Positions 1 through 10,200 of a DNA stretch of 64,000 bases are shown here, one piece after another (the stretch's first letter is position 1; each line of letters opens with the position of its first letter). The stretch lies in the NCBI GenBank assembly GCA_046704385.1, contig JBJKSB010000021.1, positions 145,269 through 209,268 on the forward strand, read 5' to 3'. The position numbers were made by a program, and so were the translations under genes. The DNA is from Bacteroidales bacterium (GTDB taxonomy: Bacteria > Bacteroidota > Bacteroidia > Bacteroidales > SZUA-534). Below the pieces are notes generated by a model that worked only from the letters and a program-made list of their open reading frames with translations, was not told the DNA's origin and searched no databases.

Positions 1-58
1 TGGAGCTTAATGTTGCTAACAAGGCCAGTAAAAAAAGGTTTATTTTAATTGTTTTCAT
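1..58 (-). CDS. 5' end of a gene running off the left edge; only 19 codons are visible (MKTIKINLFLLALLATLSS, signal-peptide-like)
   Basis: Minus-strand ATG at 58, 22 nt downstream of the stop of the 81..656 gene, followed by a hydrophobic leader. Too short to classify. Confidence 0.3.
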   Translation of the reverse strand, partial: MKTIKINLFLLALLATLSS

Positions 59-80
59 GATATATCTGATTTTTAATGGT

Positions 81-656
81 TTACTTAATTTTTAAAATTC
101 TGTTTGTTTTGGAAAAGTCGGCACCCTGTATTCTGCAGAAATAAATACTACCGGCACTGTTTTTCGATCTGGTAAGATTGCTATTCCATGCAACAGTATG
201 TTTTCCCTGTTGAAAATACTTGTCTTCAACAACATTGAGTACCTGTCCATTCATATTTAAAATTTCAATGGAAACTTTTTGTGGTTTGGCAATATAAAAC
301 CCGATATTAAGGTTGTCAATAAAAGGATTTGGGTAACATTGCATCGATATTTTATAGTCGGTGTTTTGTTCAACAATACTAACCGCATCTGTAACCACAA
401 AATCCTTAATTACTTTTTGCACAAAATCCGGATGATCGATAATAATGGTGTAGGTTCCGTTGGGAATTCCATCAATGGAAAAATCGCCATTAACATCAGT
501 GCTATCAATAAAATCGGTGTTGTACAAATATACGTATGCACCCTCTACTGCACTATTGTCGGATATCTCCGATATGGTCCCTGTAAGAGTATTTCCCCAG
601 GCTTGTATTTGAAAGCCGAGAGCAAATAACCCTAGTAAATAACTCAGTTTTTTCAT
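81..656 (-). CDS. Secreted protein with a carboxypeptidase-regulatory-like (CarboxypepD_reg) beta-sandwich and a T9SS C-terminal sorting domain
   Basis: Signal peptide. The LTGTISE..GAYVYLYN..TDVNGDFSIDGIPNGTYTI motif is typical of CarboxypepD_reg. The C-terminal ~80 aa (YPNPF...VSIEILNMNGQVL...GKHTVAWN...GIYFCRI) is typical of Por/T9SS CTDs. Confidence 0.75.
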   Translation of the reverse strand: MKKLSYLLGLFALGFQIQAWGNTLTGTISEISDNSAVEGAYVYLYNTDFIDSTDVNGDFSIDGIPNGTYTIIIDHPDFVQKVIKDFVVTDAVSIVEQNTDYKISMQCYPNPFIDNLNIGFYIAKPQKVSIEILNMNGQVLNVVEDKYFQQGKHTVAWNSNLTRSKNSAGSIYFCRIQGADFSKTNRILKIK

Positions 657-672
657 TTGTTTAATTTTTTAA

Positions 673-1848
673 TTATTTGAAAATATTATATTTTATTCCT
701 GCCATAATTTCGTACCAGTTGTAAGGTCTCAGGGTCTTGTAATATTCCAATTCGGTGTTTGAGTTCCGCGAAACAAGTTCGAAATTCATAAAGGCATCTA
801 ATTTTTTATTGACAGTATATGAAACATCCAAATCTGTGGAGAAATCCCTGAATTTTAACCGGTTTGAATTAGTAGCTGACGGAGCGTTTTTTATCTTATA
901 ACGGGTTCGTTTATAATCAATTCCTGCTGTAGTTTTTAGCTTTTTGTAACTGTATTTAATGCTACTTCCAATTGCTATTTTTTTGTTGGAATAATAATCT
1001 TCAAATGCGTCTTTTCGTATGGTAAAATCTAATGTGGGAATAACCGAGATCGAGTTATTTAAATAATACCTAAATCTAAATCCAAGATCGGTATATTTAA
1101 AATTACGTAATGGGTTTTGGATTTGTTGTATTCCGTTTTTGTCGAATGCCAGGTATTCAGTATATTTCCGGTTTACACGCGACAGGGAGGAATACAAAAA
1201 ATGCTTGTTTATTCTTCTTTTATATAAAAGGCTGATTTCGTTTTCAGAATGGGTTAAAGAATAGGCCAATTGCTCTTTCAGGTACTTTTTGTATGCCAGG
1301 GTATATTTAAGATAAAGCTGGTTTTTTCTGTTGAAATCATGTTCCATAAATAAACTACCGGCATTATCAAAATACTTAAAAGAGCGGGTGAGTTCATCGC
1401 CGGTGGTGGAAACCGCTATTTTATTGGAATAAGTGCCTTGATATAGTATTCCTGCAGTGGTTTTTTTTGTCAAATTATAGCTGTACTCTGATTTGAACCT
1501 TGATTTTAGCTGATTTAGGTTTTCGTTTGCCAAATATCCCCGGTACCAGTTATCCAGGCTAAAAACGGCAGTTGATTTTTTTAGATCTAACACATAATCA
1601 ATATCAAGATTTGCATCATAAAACTGATCTGATTTTATCAACGAATCCTTTGGCAAATAACCAGCAATGGTACGGTCGAAATAACGGTTTGTGCTTTTGA
1701 AAATGTTATTTTCGTGGCCGCCTGCCAGTGTTGTATTTATCTTTATGGCATTTTCTGATATCAGGCTGTCAATCTTTGTTTTTTTAGCAAATGCCGGAAC
1801 AATTGATATAAAAACATAAAGTGCTGCAACAAAGTATTTTCTATTCAT
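673..1848 (-). CDS. Hypothetical outer-membrane beta-barrel protein
   Basis: Signal peptide and a long run of alternating aromatic/polar beta-strand-like segments rich in Y/K/N/S, ending with an aromatic-rich terminus (IKYNIFK). No family recognised. Confidence 0.6.
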   Translation of the reverse strand: MNRKYFVAALYVFISIVPAFAKKTKIDSLISENAIKINTTLAGGHENNIFKSTNRYFDRTIAGYLPKDSLIKSDQFYDANLDIDYVLDLKKSTAVFSLDNWYRGYLANENLNQLKSRFKSEYSYNLTKKTTAGILYQGTYSNKIAVSTTGDELTRSFKYFDNAGSLFMEHDFNRKNQLYLKYTLAYKKYLKEQLAYSLTHSENEISLLYKRRINKHFLYSSLSRVNRKYTEYLAFDKNGIQQIQNPLRNFKYTDLGFRFRYYLNNSISVIPTLDFTIRKDAFEDYYSNKKIAIGSSIKYSYKKLKTTAGIDYKRTRYKIKNAPSATNSNRLKFRDFSTDLDVSYTVNKKLDAFMNFELVSRNSNTELEYYKTLRPYNWYEIMAGIKYNIFK

Positions 1849-2030
1849 AAGTATAAATCATTTAGGTTTTTATTTTTTAAATCTGTTCAGTGTAGCTCTT
1901 TATTATGAGTTTATTAAGCATAACTCTCCCAGATGGGTTTTCTGAACATCATTGGTATTACTGTTTTCAGAACTCCCAGTAAATCGTATTGTTAAGTTTT
2001 ACTGATTAAAAAATCATATTTATTTATGAA

Positions 2031-3110
2031 TCAATCTGATTTTGCCATGTTAAGTTTTATTGGTGTTTCAGATTCACTTTCTGCCTGTAATTCCAAGGCA
2101 TCATTGTTTAATTTTAAAATTTCCCATTCACCGCTGAGTGATTCTAACGGCTCTCTGTATGTGCCAAAATCTATTTTAAGAACTTTAGTGCCTTCGTCAA
2201 GGTTAATCACCCAACTTCCCTTTATGGTTTTTAAAGCGGTAATTGCACTGGTTGTAGAATCGGAGTTAAATTGAAAAAGCCAGGAGGAAAATGATGCTGT
2301 TTCATCAGATTCATCATCAGTTAATAGTGTAATTTTCCATTTACCCGAAGTTAAATAGGTAATATCATCACTGCTGGTATCTACCGAATCTTGTTCAGTA
2401 TCGAACGCTACTTCGTCATTTTCATCACAACTATTCATATAGCTCAAAATCTGATTTTTTAATTCAGTATTGTTGTTCACCAATATGAAAAAGTTGTCTA
2501 AAGTTTTAACCTGAAGCGGATATCCAAGCTCAATAACGGTGTCGTTTATATTCCTGAAAATATTATATAATTCAAAATCATTGTTTACAGTAATACAATC
2601 AGCATTTTGAAACACCGTATTATAGAGGCAAAGGTCAATGGGATAAACGAAATCAAGGCATTCAATATCATCATCAATTAAATTGGTATTATATTTTTCC
2701 TGCAAGGCCTGAAGTTCAGCTTCATTATTAAGTATCGATTCAGAATAATCATTATAAATTATGGTTACCGGAAATGTAATTATAATATCTTCCCAATTTT
2801 CAATATAATTCTGTTTTATCATTTCAATATCATTCAGTGAATTAATTTGAAAAACCTGCCCGTTTATCTGGATAGAATATGGGAATTTAATACTAATTGC
2901 GTTGCAATGGTCAATTACATTATCGAACGAACCATCTTTGAGAACTACCTTGCGAATCAGATCGGCAACAGTATCGCCTGAGCTTATTGTTATGGTTTTA
3001 TCCGGTTCACTTATTTTGTTATATTCTTTCTGACAACCGGTGATTAATGCCATCAAAAATAATAGGGTGAAAAGGTTTTTAAACGTTATATGTATCTTAC
3101 ATTTTATCAT
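2031..3110 (-). CDS. Hypothetical lipoprotein with a C-terminal lipocalin-like region
   Basis: Lipobox LITGC after a hydrophobic leader. Acidic, D/N/E-rich. The C-terminal segment GKWKITLL...WLFQFNSD...GSWVINLDEG..LKIDFG resembles Bacteroidota lipocalin-like domains. Confidence 0.6.
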   Translation of the reverse strand: MIKCKIHITFKNLFTLLFLMALITGCQKEYNKISEPDKTITISSGDTVADLIRKVVLKDGSFDNVIDHCNAISIKFPYSIQINGQVFQINSLNDIEMIKQNYIENWEDIIITFPVTIIYNDYSESILNNEAELQALQEKYNTNLIDDDIECLDFVYPIDLCLYNTVFQNADCITVNNDFELYNIFRNINDTVIELGYPLQVKTLDNFFILVNNNTELKNQILSYMNSCDENDEVAFDTEQDSVDTSSDDITYLTSGKWKITLLTDDESDETASFSSWLFQFNSDSTTSAITALKTIKGSWVINLDEGTKVLKIDFGTYREPLESLSGEWEILKLNNDALELQAESESETPIKLNMAKSD

Positions 3111-3225
3111 TTTAATGATCCCGATTTTGGTAATAAAACAGATTGTGTCTACAATCTCCTACCATAAAATTATATTTTTTTTATAATTTCACACAATGAA
3201 ATCTTACCAATAAAACAATAACAGA

Positions 3226-3756
3226 TTGATAATGAGTGAAATGAACGTTATTACAAATGTTTGTAGTGAGAAAGTTTACAGGCAGATATTTCAATCGGTT
3301 TCACGGGATCTATATAATTTTCTGTATTATAAATATGGTGAAGATAATGACCCTGAAGATATAGTTCAATCTGCTTTTGAAAAGCTTTGGAAAAACTGCA
3401 AACAGGTTTTGCCTGAAAAAGCTAAATCATTTGTATATACCGTGGCCAATAATGAAATGCTTAATTCAATTTCGCGAAAAAAAACGGTTTATAAATTCAA
3501 ACAGCAACCTTCTAAAAATTATACAAATGAATCGCCTGAATATTTATTGGAAGAAAAAGAATACCACAACCGGTTAAAAAATGCCCTTGAGTCATTAACC
3601 GATGACCAGCGATCGACTTTTTTAATGAACCGTGTTGAGGGGAGAACACACCAGGAAATTGCCGATTTATTGGGTATTTCAAGAAAAGCTGTTGAAAAGC
3701 GGATTTATACAACTTTAAATATTTTAAGAAATAAAATGGGAACCGGTAAAATTTAG
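3226..3756 (+). CDS. ECF-type RNA polymerase sigma-70 family factor
   Basis: Region 2 (DPEDIVQSAFEKLWKN) and region 4 HTH (RTHQEIADLLGISRKAVEKRIY). The track start at 3226 is TTG; an ATG at 3232 (MSEMNV) is equally plausible. Confidence 0.85.
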   Translation: MIMSEMNVITNVCSEKVYRQIFQSVSRDLYNFLYYKYGEDNDPEDIVQSAFEKLWKNCKQVLPEKAKSFVYTVANNEMLNSISRKKTVYKFKQQPSKNYTNESPEYLLEEKEYHNRLKNALESLTDDQRSTFLMNRVEGRTHQEIADLLGISRKAVEKRIYTTLNILRNKMGTGKI

Positions 3757-3812
3757 CAATTTAAAGTAGGAGAATTAACAAATCATCTGTTCTATATACA
3801 AGAAATGCAAAA

Positions 3813-4730
3813 ATGATAAATGAAGAAATCATAAAAAAATGGCTGGCCGGTGAACTGTCGGACGAGGAGAAGATTGAATTTGAAAGCTCCGGTGATTATA
3901 CTGAAATCAGGAAGCTTTCAGATGCTTTACAGGCATTCAAGGCTCCTGGTTATGATGCTGGAAATGAATATGAAAAACTCTCAAAAAGGATTTTACATAA
4001 AAACAGAACGATTTCTTTATACAATAATCTGAAGTCGGTTTTAAGAATAGCTGCTATATTAATAATTGCCCTGACTGTGGGATATTTTTCCTACATCTAT
4101 GTTAATTCTCCTAAGGATAAAAGTGGCTGGATAGCCGAACAATCACAAGTTTATTTACCCGATTCGTCGCTTGCAATGATAAATGCAGGTTCGAAAATAA
4201 GGTTTACTGAAGAAACATGGGGTAAGGATAGAAATGTTGAACTAAAAGGTGAAGCTTTTTTCAAAGTTAAAAAAGGTTCGAAATTCAGTGTTAGAACAAA
4301 CCAAGGAGTTGTTACGGTTTTTGGAACCCAGTTTGATGTGAAAGATTGGACTGATTATTACGAGGTTGTATGTTATTCGGGTTTGGTTGGAGTAGTTACC
4401 GTACAGGATACTGTTTTTTTGAAACCAACACAAGCCTTTAGGATAATTAATAATAAAAAAGAGAATTACACTATAACCAATGAACCGGTGCCTGGTTGGT
4501 TACATGGAGAAAGTAGGTTTAACAGTGTGCCGCTTAGCTACGTATTTTCAGAACTTGAAAGGCAATACAATGTTACCATTGAAACAAAAAATGTTGAGTT
4601 AAACCAGTTATTTACAGGAAGTTTTACAAACAATAATTTAAAAATTGCTTTAAAATCTGTTACAATTCCCGTAAATTTAAGCTTCGTGGTAAATGAAAAC
4701 AAAGTTGTAATTACCCTTGAAGATAAATAG
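3813..4730 (+). CDS. FecR-family anti-sigma factor / transmembrane sensor
   Basis: Single TM segment (LRIAAILIIALTVGYF) followed by a FecR-like periplasmic domain (VELKGEAFFKVKKGSKFSV.T..GVVTVFGTQFDV). Sits between an ECF sigma gene and a TonB transducer gene. Confidence 0.85.
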   Translation: MINEEIIKKWLAGELSDEEKIEFESSGDYTEIRKLSDALQAFKAPGYDAGNEYEKLSKRILHKNRTISLYNNLKSVLRIAAILIIALTVGYFSYIYVNSPKDKSGWIAEQSQVYLPDSSLAMINAGSKIRFTEETWGKDRNVELKGEAFFKVKKGSKFSVRTNQGVVTVFGTQFDVKDWTDYYEVVCYSGLVGVVTVQDTVFLKPTQAFRIINNKKENYTITNEPVPGWLHGESRFNSVPLSYVFSELERQYNVTIETKNVELNQLFTGSFTNNNLKIALKSVTIPVNLSFVVNENKVVITLEDK

Positions 4731-7242
4731 ACTCTTTTTTGCAAAATTCCTTTTTCTGTTACATTTGAGCAGTGTGAGCATTGCCCAGAATGCAGAATCC
4801 GTTCCACTTGAGAATTTTCTTCATACACTGGAAAAACGATTTGATGTTGTTTTTACTTATGCTGATGAAAATGTTCGCGGTATTGCAATTAACATTCCTC
4901 AAAACAATTTAACCCTACAGGAATATCTCGATGATCTGGGGAAACATACCGGACTAATATTCAATAAACTAAATTCCAGGTATATTGCTATCCAAAAAAG
5001 AGCAAGTAGTTCCTTTACTATTACTTTAACAGGAACAGTAATTGATAAAAACACCAGGGAACATTTAATTGGAGCAGTTATTCAATTAGGCAATAATTTT
5101 ACATTAAGTAATAGTGACGGATGGTTCTCCGTTCAATTCAACCCCAATGAAGATTCCATGTTAACTATAAGGTATACCGGATATAAAAATCTAGTAATGT
5201 CAATGGATGAATGGGAAAATAGTTCGGATATATACGCTCTTACCAACGATATTTTGAAACTGGATGAAGTTGTGGTGAATTACATTGCCACCGGAATCGA
5301 TAAACTGGTGGATGGAGCCATTCAAATGAATACTCAGAATATTGACATATTACCGGGAATGTCGGAACCAGATATATTACATACAGCACAGGTTTTACCC
5401 GGAATTTTTAGTGTTAATGAAACGGTTTCCTACCTAAATACCAGGGGCGGAACAAACGATCAGAGCCTTGTGTTATGGGAAGGGGTTAAAATGTATCAAA
5501 CAGGTCATTTGTTTGGTTTAATTTCCGGGTTTAATTCACATTTAATAAATAAAACAACTTTTATTAATAATGGTACCAGTGCGGCTTATGGTGACGGTGT
5601 TTCCGGGACCATTGATATGAAACAGCAAGACTATCCTGTAAATAAATTTAATGTGAGTGCCGGATTTAATATGCTGAATGCCGATATTATTCTTAAAGTA
5701 CCGGTAAGTAAGAAACTGACATTATTACTGGGTGCCAGAAGTTCAATCAATGATGCTATCATCACTCCAACTTATAAAAGTTATTATAAGAGAGCTTTCG
5801 AGCACACTGATGTGGTGCTGAAAAACGGGAGCAATATTGCTAATATGAATCATTATCATGATTTTTCCTTTTACGATTTAAATTTTAAGCTTATTTATAA
5901 TATTTCAGACAGAGATAAGGTAAGGCTTAGTTTTCTGGATATGAACGACGAGATTGAATATGAGGTAAGCGCATCGGTCAACGACACTCTTTATAAAAAA
6001 AAGAGCCACCTGAATCAGTCCAGCCTGCTGTCTGATTTTGATTATGCCCACCAATGGAATAAATATAACACTACTCATTTGTCTGCATATGTATCTTCCT
6101 ATAATCTATATGGTTACAATGCCGAATTTATAACCAAACAAAATCATGAACAAAAAAATGAAGTGCTGGAATGGGGAATTAAAATGGATTCAAAATGCCG
6201 GATGGGTGAGAAGGTTAATTTAGCCTATGGCTATAAGTTTAACGAGGTTGGTATTCGGAACCTGGATAATATTAATAAACCAAATTACAGCAGGGATGTG
6301 AAAGCAGTATTAGATGTCCAGGCGCTTTATTCCGAGGTGGAATTTAACAGGCTGTTTAACAAATTTTATATGCGTTTTGGGGCACGTGCGGTTTATTTAC
6401 AAAAGTTCAAAATGTTTATCCCCGAACCAAGAGTGGTACTTAATTTTAAATTAACTGACCATATTGCCTGTGAGGCACTGGCTGAAAAGAAAAGTCAGTA
6501 TACAACCCAGCTTATTGATTATCAATCTGATTTTTTGGGAGTTGAAAAAAGAAGGTGGGCTTTATCAAACAATAATAGTATACCGGTACTTAAAAGTTTG
6601 CAATTTTCATTCGGGATGCAATATAACTGTAATCACTTTCTGCTTTCAGTGGATGCCTATAGGAAAAAAGTTGACGGCATTATAACTCCAAGTCAGGGTT
6701 TCCAAAATCAGTTTCAATATGTTTATGCTATTGGCAATTACCATACTGAAGGTATAGAAGCACTAATTAACAAGCGGTTTAAAAAGTCGAATATTTGGCT
6801 TAATTATTCCCTGGAACGAAATAGTTATTATTTTAAGGATTTAGATCCAACTACATTTCCCAATAACATTGATATCATGCATATTGCTACCCTGGGTGGC
6901 AGTTACATGATAAAAAACTTTGATTTTTCAAGCGGATTTAATTTCAGGACAGGAAAACCCTATACAATGCCTTTAGTAGATAACCAGGGAACAACCACTG
7001 AAATTATTTACGAATATCCCAATAGTTCGAGACTTGATAATTTTATCAGGTTAGATGTTTCCTCAAAATATAACTTTCATATCAAGAAAGTCAATGGCCA
7101 GTTTGGCGTTTCAGTATGGAATGTGCTAAACAGGAAAAATATTATCAACATTTATTATGTGCGAAATAACAATGGTATTGAACAGGTAAAACAACAAGCA
7201 CTGGGAATAACTCCCAATTTAAATTTAAGGTTGTCGTTTTAG
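4717..7242 (+). CDS. TonB-dependent receptor/transducer with an N-terminal STN signalling domain, a CarboxypepD_reg domain and a plug
   Basis: STN-like segment (LENFLHTLEKRFDVVFTYADENV...LTLQEYLDDL), then LTGTVIDKNTREHLIGAVIQ, then a plug region (DILHTAQVLPGI...TRGG..DQSLVLWEGVKMY), then a barrel. TTG start overlapping fecR by 14 nt. Confidence 0.85.
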   Translation: MKINRLFFAKFLFLLHLSSVSIAQNAESVPLENFLHTLEKRFDVVFTYADENVRGIAINIPQNNLTLQEYLDDLGKHTGLIFNKLNSRYIAIQKRASSSFTITLTGTVIDKNTREHLIGAVIQLGNNFTLSNSDGWFSVQFNPNEDSMLTIRYTGYKNLVMSMDEWENSSDIYALTNDILKLDEVVVNYIATGIDKLVDGAIQMNTQNIDILPGMSEPDILHTAQVLPGIFSVNETVSYLNTRGGTNDQSLVLWEGVKMYQTGHLFGLISGFNSHLINKTTFINNGTSAAYGDGVSGTIDMKQQDYPVNKFNVSAGFNMLNADIILKVPVSKKLTLLLGARSSINDAIITPTYKSYYKRAFEHTDVVLKNGSNIANMNHYHDFSFYDLNFKLIYNISDRDKVRLSFLDMNDEIEYEVSASVNDTLYKKKSHLNQSSLLSDFDYAHQWNKYNTTHLSAYVSSYNLYGYNAEFITKQNHEQKNEVLEWGIKMDSKCRMGEKVNLAYGYKFNEVGIRNLDNINKPNYSRDVKAVLDVQALYSEVEFNRLFNKFYMRFGARAVYLQKFKMFIPEPRVVLNFKLTDHIACEALAEKKSQYTTQLIDYQSDFLGVEKRRWALSNNNSIPVLKSLQFSFGMQYNCNHFLLSVDAYRKKVDGIITPSQGFQNQFQYVYAIGNYHTEGIEALINKRFKKSNIWLNYSLERNSYYFKDLDPTTFPNNIDIMHIATLGGSYMIKNFDFSSGFNFRTGKPYTMPLVDNQGTTTEIIYEYPNSSRLDNFIRLDVSSKYNFHIKKVNGQFGVSVWNVLNRKNIINIYYVRNNNGIEQVKQQALGITPNLNLRLSF

Positions 7243-7280
7243 GTTTTTGCCTTTTGGAGTTTTAACTTAAATGTAGCTGG

Positions 7281-10200
7281 TTAAGTCAATTGGTTATAAT
7301 AATTATATACCATTTCAAGCATCTTTGCTGTATTTATTGGCTTTGAAATATAATCATCAAAATTGTTGTTCATAATCCGGATCCTGTCTCCTGCCTGGGC
7401 AAATGCCGTTACTGCAATAACCGGAATTCGGCTGTTTATTTCCTTTATCAGTCGGGTTGCTTCTATACCGTCAATAACGGGCATTTTAATATCCATTAAT
7501 ACAATGCATTTTTTATTGGGGTCAAATTCTTTTATAAAATCAACAGCTTCCTGTCCGTTTTTAGCCCAAAATATATTTGCCATGGTTTTATTTAAGATGC
7601 TGTGCATTAATTCATAGTTGTAGGGTTCATCTTCGGCAATTAAAATCGATAGGTCTTTTAAAGTGATAGTTTTTAAAGTAGTTTGTTCCTGATGGAAATT
7701 AACTCCGGGTGAAGTTGATTTTGGCAGATCAAAATATATAGTGGTACCCTTACCTTTTTTTGATTCTATTTTAAGTTCTCCTCCCATAAGAGAAACCAGG
7801 CTTTTACTAATAGATAACCCGAGGCCTGTGCCATCATAAAATTTGTTTTTATCTTTTTCAATTTTGTAAAAATAGTTGAAAATAGATTCCTGATCTTCCT
7901 TGCTTATACCAATACCCGTATCTTCAACAAAAAATTCAACCATATTTTCCCTGATTCTGTGACCGAAATAAATATGTCCTTCGTCGGTGAATTTCAAGGC
8001 ATTACCAATAAGGTTAGTCATGATTTGTTTAAACCGTATTACATCGTTGTAAATCCAGGTTTTTTCTTTGCTATTTTCCTTTATTAATTGTATATCGATA
8101 TTTTTGTCGTTTTTGGTTGTGAAATAGGCCAGGAGATCTGGTAATTCGTCTTCAACACAAAAGTTGTCTTTATAAATAACCAGTTGGTTTGCCTGTATGG
8201 TTGAAATATCAAGAATATCGTTGATCAGGGTCAACAAGGTATTTCCACTGTTTTTTATCACTTTTGCATAATAGGCCTTCTGGTCATTACTCATATCTTC
8301 GTCAACTAATAGGCTCGAAAACCCTATAAGTGCATTCATAGGGGTGCGAATTTCGTGACTCATATTTGCAAGGAAAGCCGATTTTAATTTGTCTGATTCT
8401 TCGGCTTTTAATTTAGCATTCATAAGTTCTTTTGTCCTTTCCTGAACCAGGTTTTCAAGGTCGTTCCGGTGTTTTACCAGCTCCTCATTTTGTAATGATA
8501 TCTCTTCCTGCTTTTCCTCTAACAACGAATTCGCTTTGCGCAATTCTTCGGTCCTTTTATTAACCATTATTTGTAGTTCCTTTTGCCTGTTTTTTAAGAA
8601 TCTGATTCTTACCAGGTAAATCAAAATTACCAGGGAAACCAATATTATAATGACACTTATTCTAAAAAAGGTTGTGCCCCACCACGGAGGCTTAATATAA
8701 AGGAACAACTTGCTGGGGTGGTCTTCCCATTTTCCATCTTTTATGCCGGCTTTTACTTTAAATAAATACTTTCCGGGTGGAATGTTTCTGTAAGTTGCCA
8801 GGCGCTGTGAAGATACATAATTCCAATCCTTGTCGTATCCATCAAGCTTATAAGCAAAAACATTTGACTGCGAATAGGGATTTAATAATGCCGTATACTC
8901 AAAGGAAACGATACTGTTTTTATAGCTTAATTCTAAAGTGTCAAGATAACAGATATCTTCAGTCAGAATTATTTTATTATCAATTTTTTCGCCAATTTCC
9001 ACCGACTGGTGGAAAAGTTTTAAATCAACAATTTTTGATTTTGGTATAGGTTCATTCTTCTTAATTTGTTCTGTATTGAACAAATTAAATCCTTTTATTC
9101 CTCCGGCATAAATATCATGGTCAATACTGTCGTATACAATACAATTGATTGAAAATTGATTGTCCTGTAATCCATCTTCTGCATAATATTTTGAATAGGT
9201 TTTATTTTCAGGATTAAACCGTGTAATCCCTTTTGTTGAAGTCAGCCAAAGGTTACTGCTGTCGTCTTCAACCATTCCGATTATAGTTTCTGAAGTTAAT
9301 CCGTCGTGGGTACTATATTTTTTAAAAATCACATTATGGTTTTCGTCATAAGTCAGCTTGTTTAATTTGTTTCGCGTGCCAACCCATAAAGAGTCATTAT
9401 GATCAATAAAAAGAGACATTACCAGATTATTGCTTAAAGACGATTTTTTTGAATTATGTTTGTAGGTGATAAATTTATCCGAGCCTGGGTCAAATTTACA
9501 TAATCCGCCGTCTTCGGTGCCTATCCAGATATTACGATCGTGGTCTTCAACAATATCCCAGATAATATTACTACTTATACTGGTAGTGTCATCCGGATTA
9601 TGTGTATATTTTTTAAAGGTATTATGGCTTACATTAAAACGGATTAAACCGTCGCCGTATGTACCAAGCCAAATGTCATGGTCCGATGATTCATGCAATG
9701 AAATAACGATTCCCTTTTCGTGCGTAGAAAAAATATAGTCAAACCTTTTAAAATCATTAGTTTCCTTATTGAACTTGTTCAATCCATTTTCGGTTCCCAC
9801 CCAAATACCATTGTTGTGATCTTTTAATAGTGAGCGTATGTAATTATGGCTTAGCGATTTAGTGTCGTTTGGTTTGTTTTGGTACAATACAAACGAATTG
9901 GTTTTTTTATTATAAATGTTTAACCCGTTTTCGGTTCCAATCCAAAGGTTATGATTTTCATCGATTACCATCGAATGAATAATGTTGTTCACCAGGTTAT
10001 TTGAGGTGCTTTTTTCGGCATAGAAATGCCTGAATTTTGGTTCCTGTACATTCAATCTGTTTAGTCCTGCCCAGTCAGTACCTATCCATAAAAACCCCGA
10101 CCGGTCTTCGAAAATTGAATAAATGGAATTGCCACTTATACTGTTAAGATCAGCCGTGTTGTTTTCAAATCTGCTAAAGGTGATATTTTCAATAGCTTTG

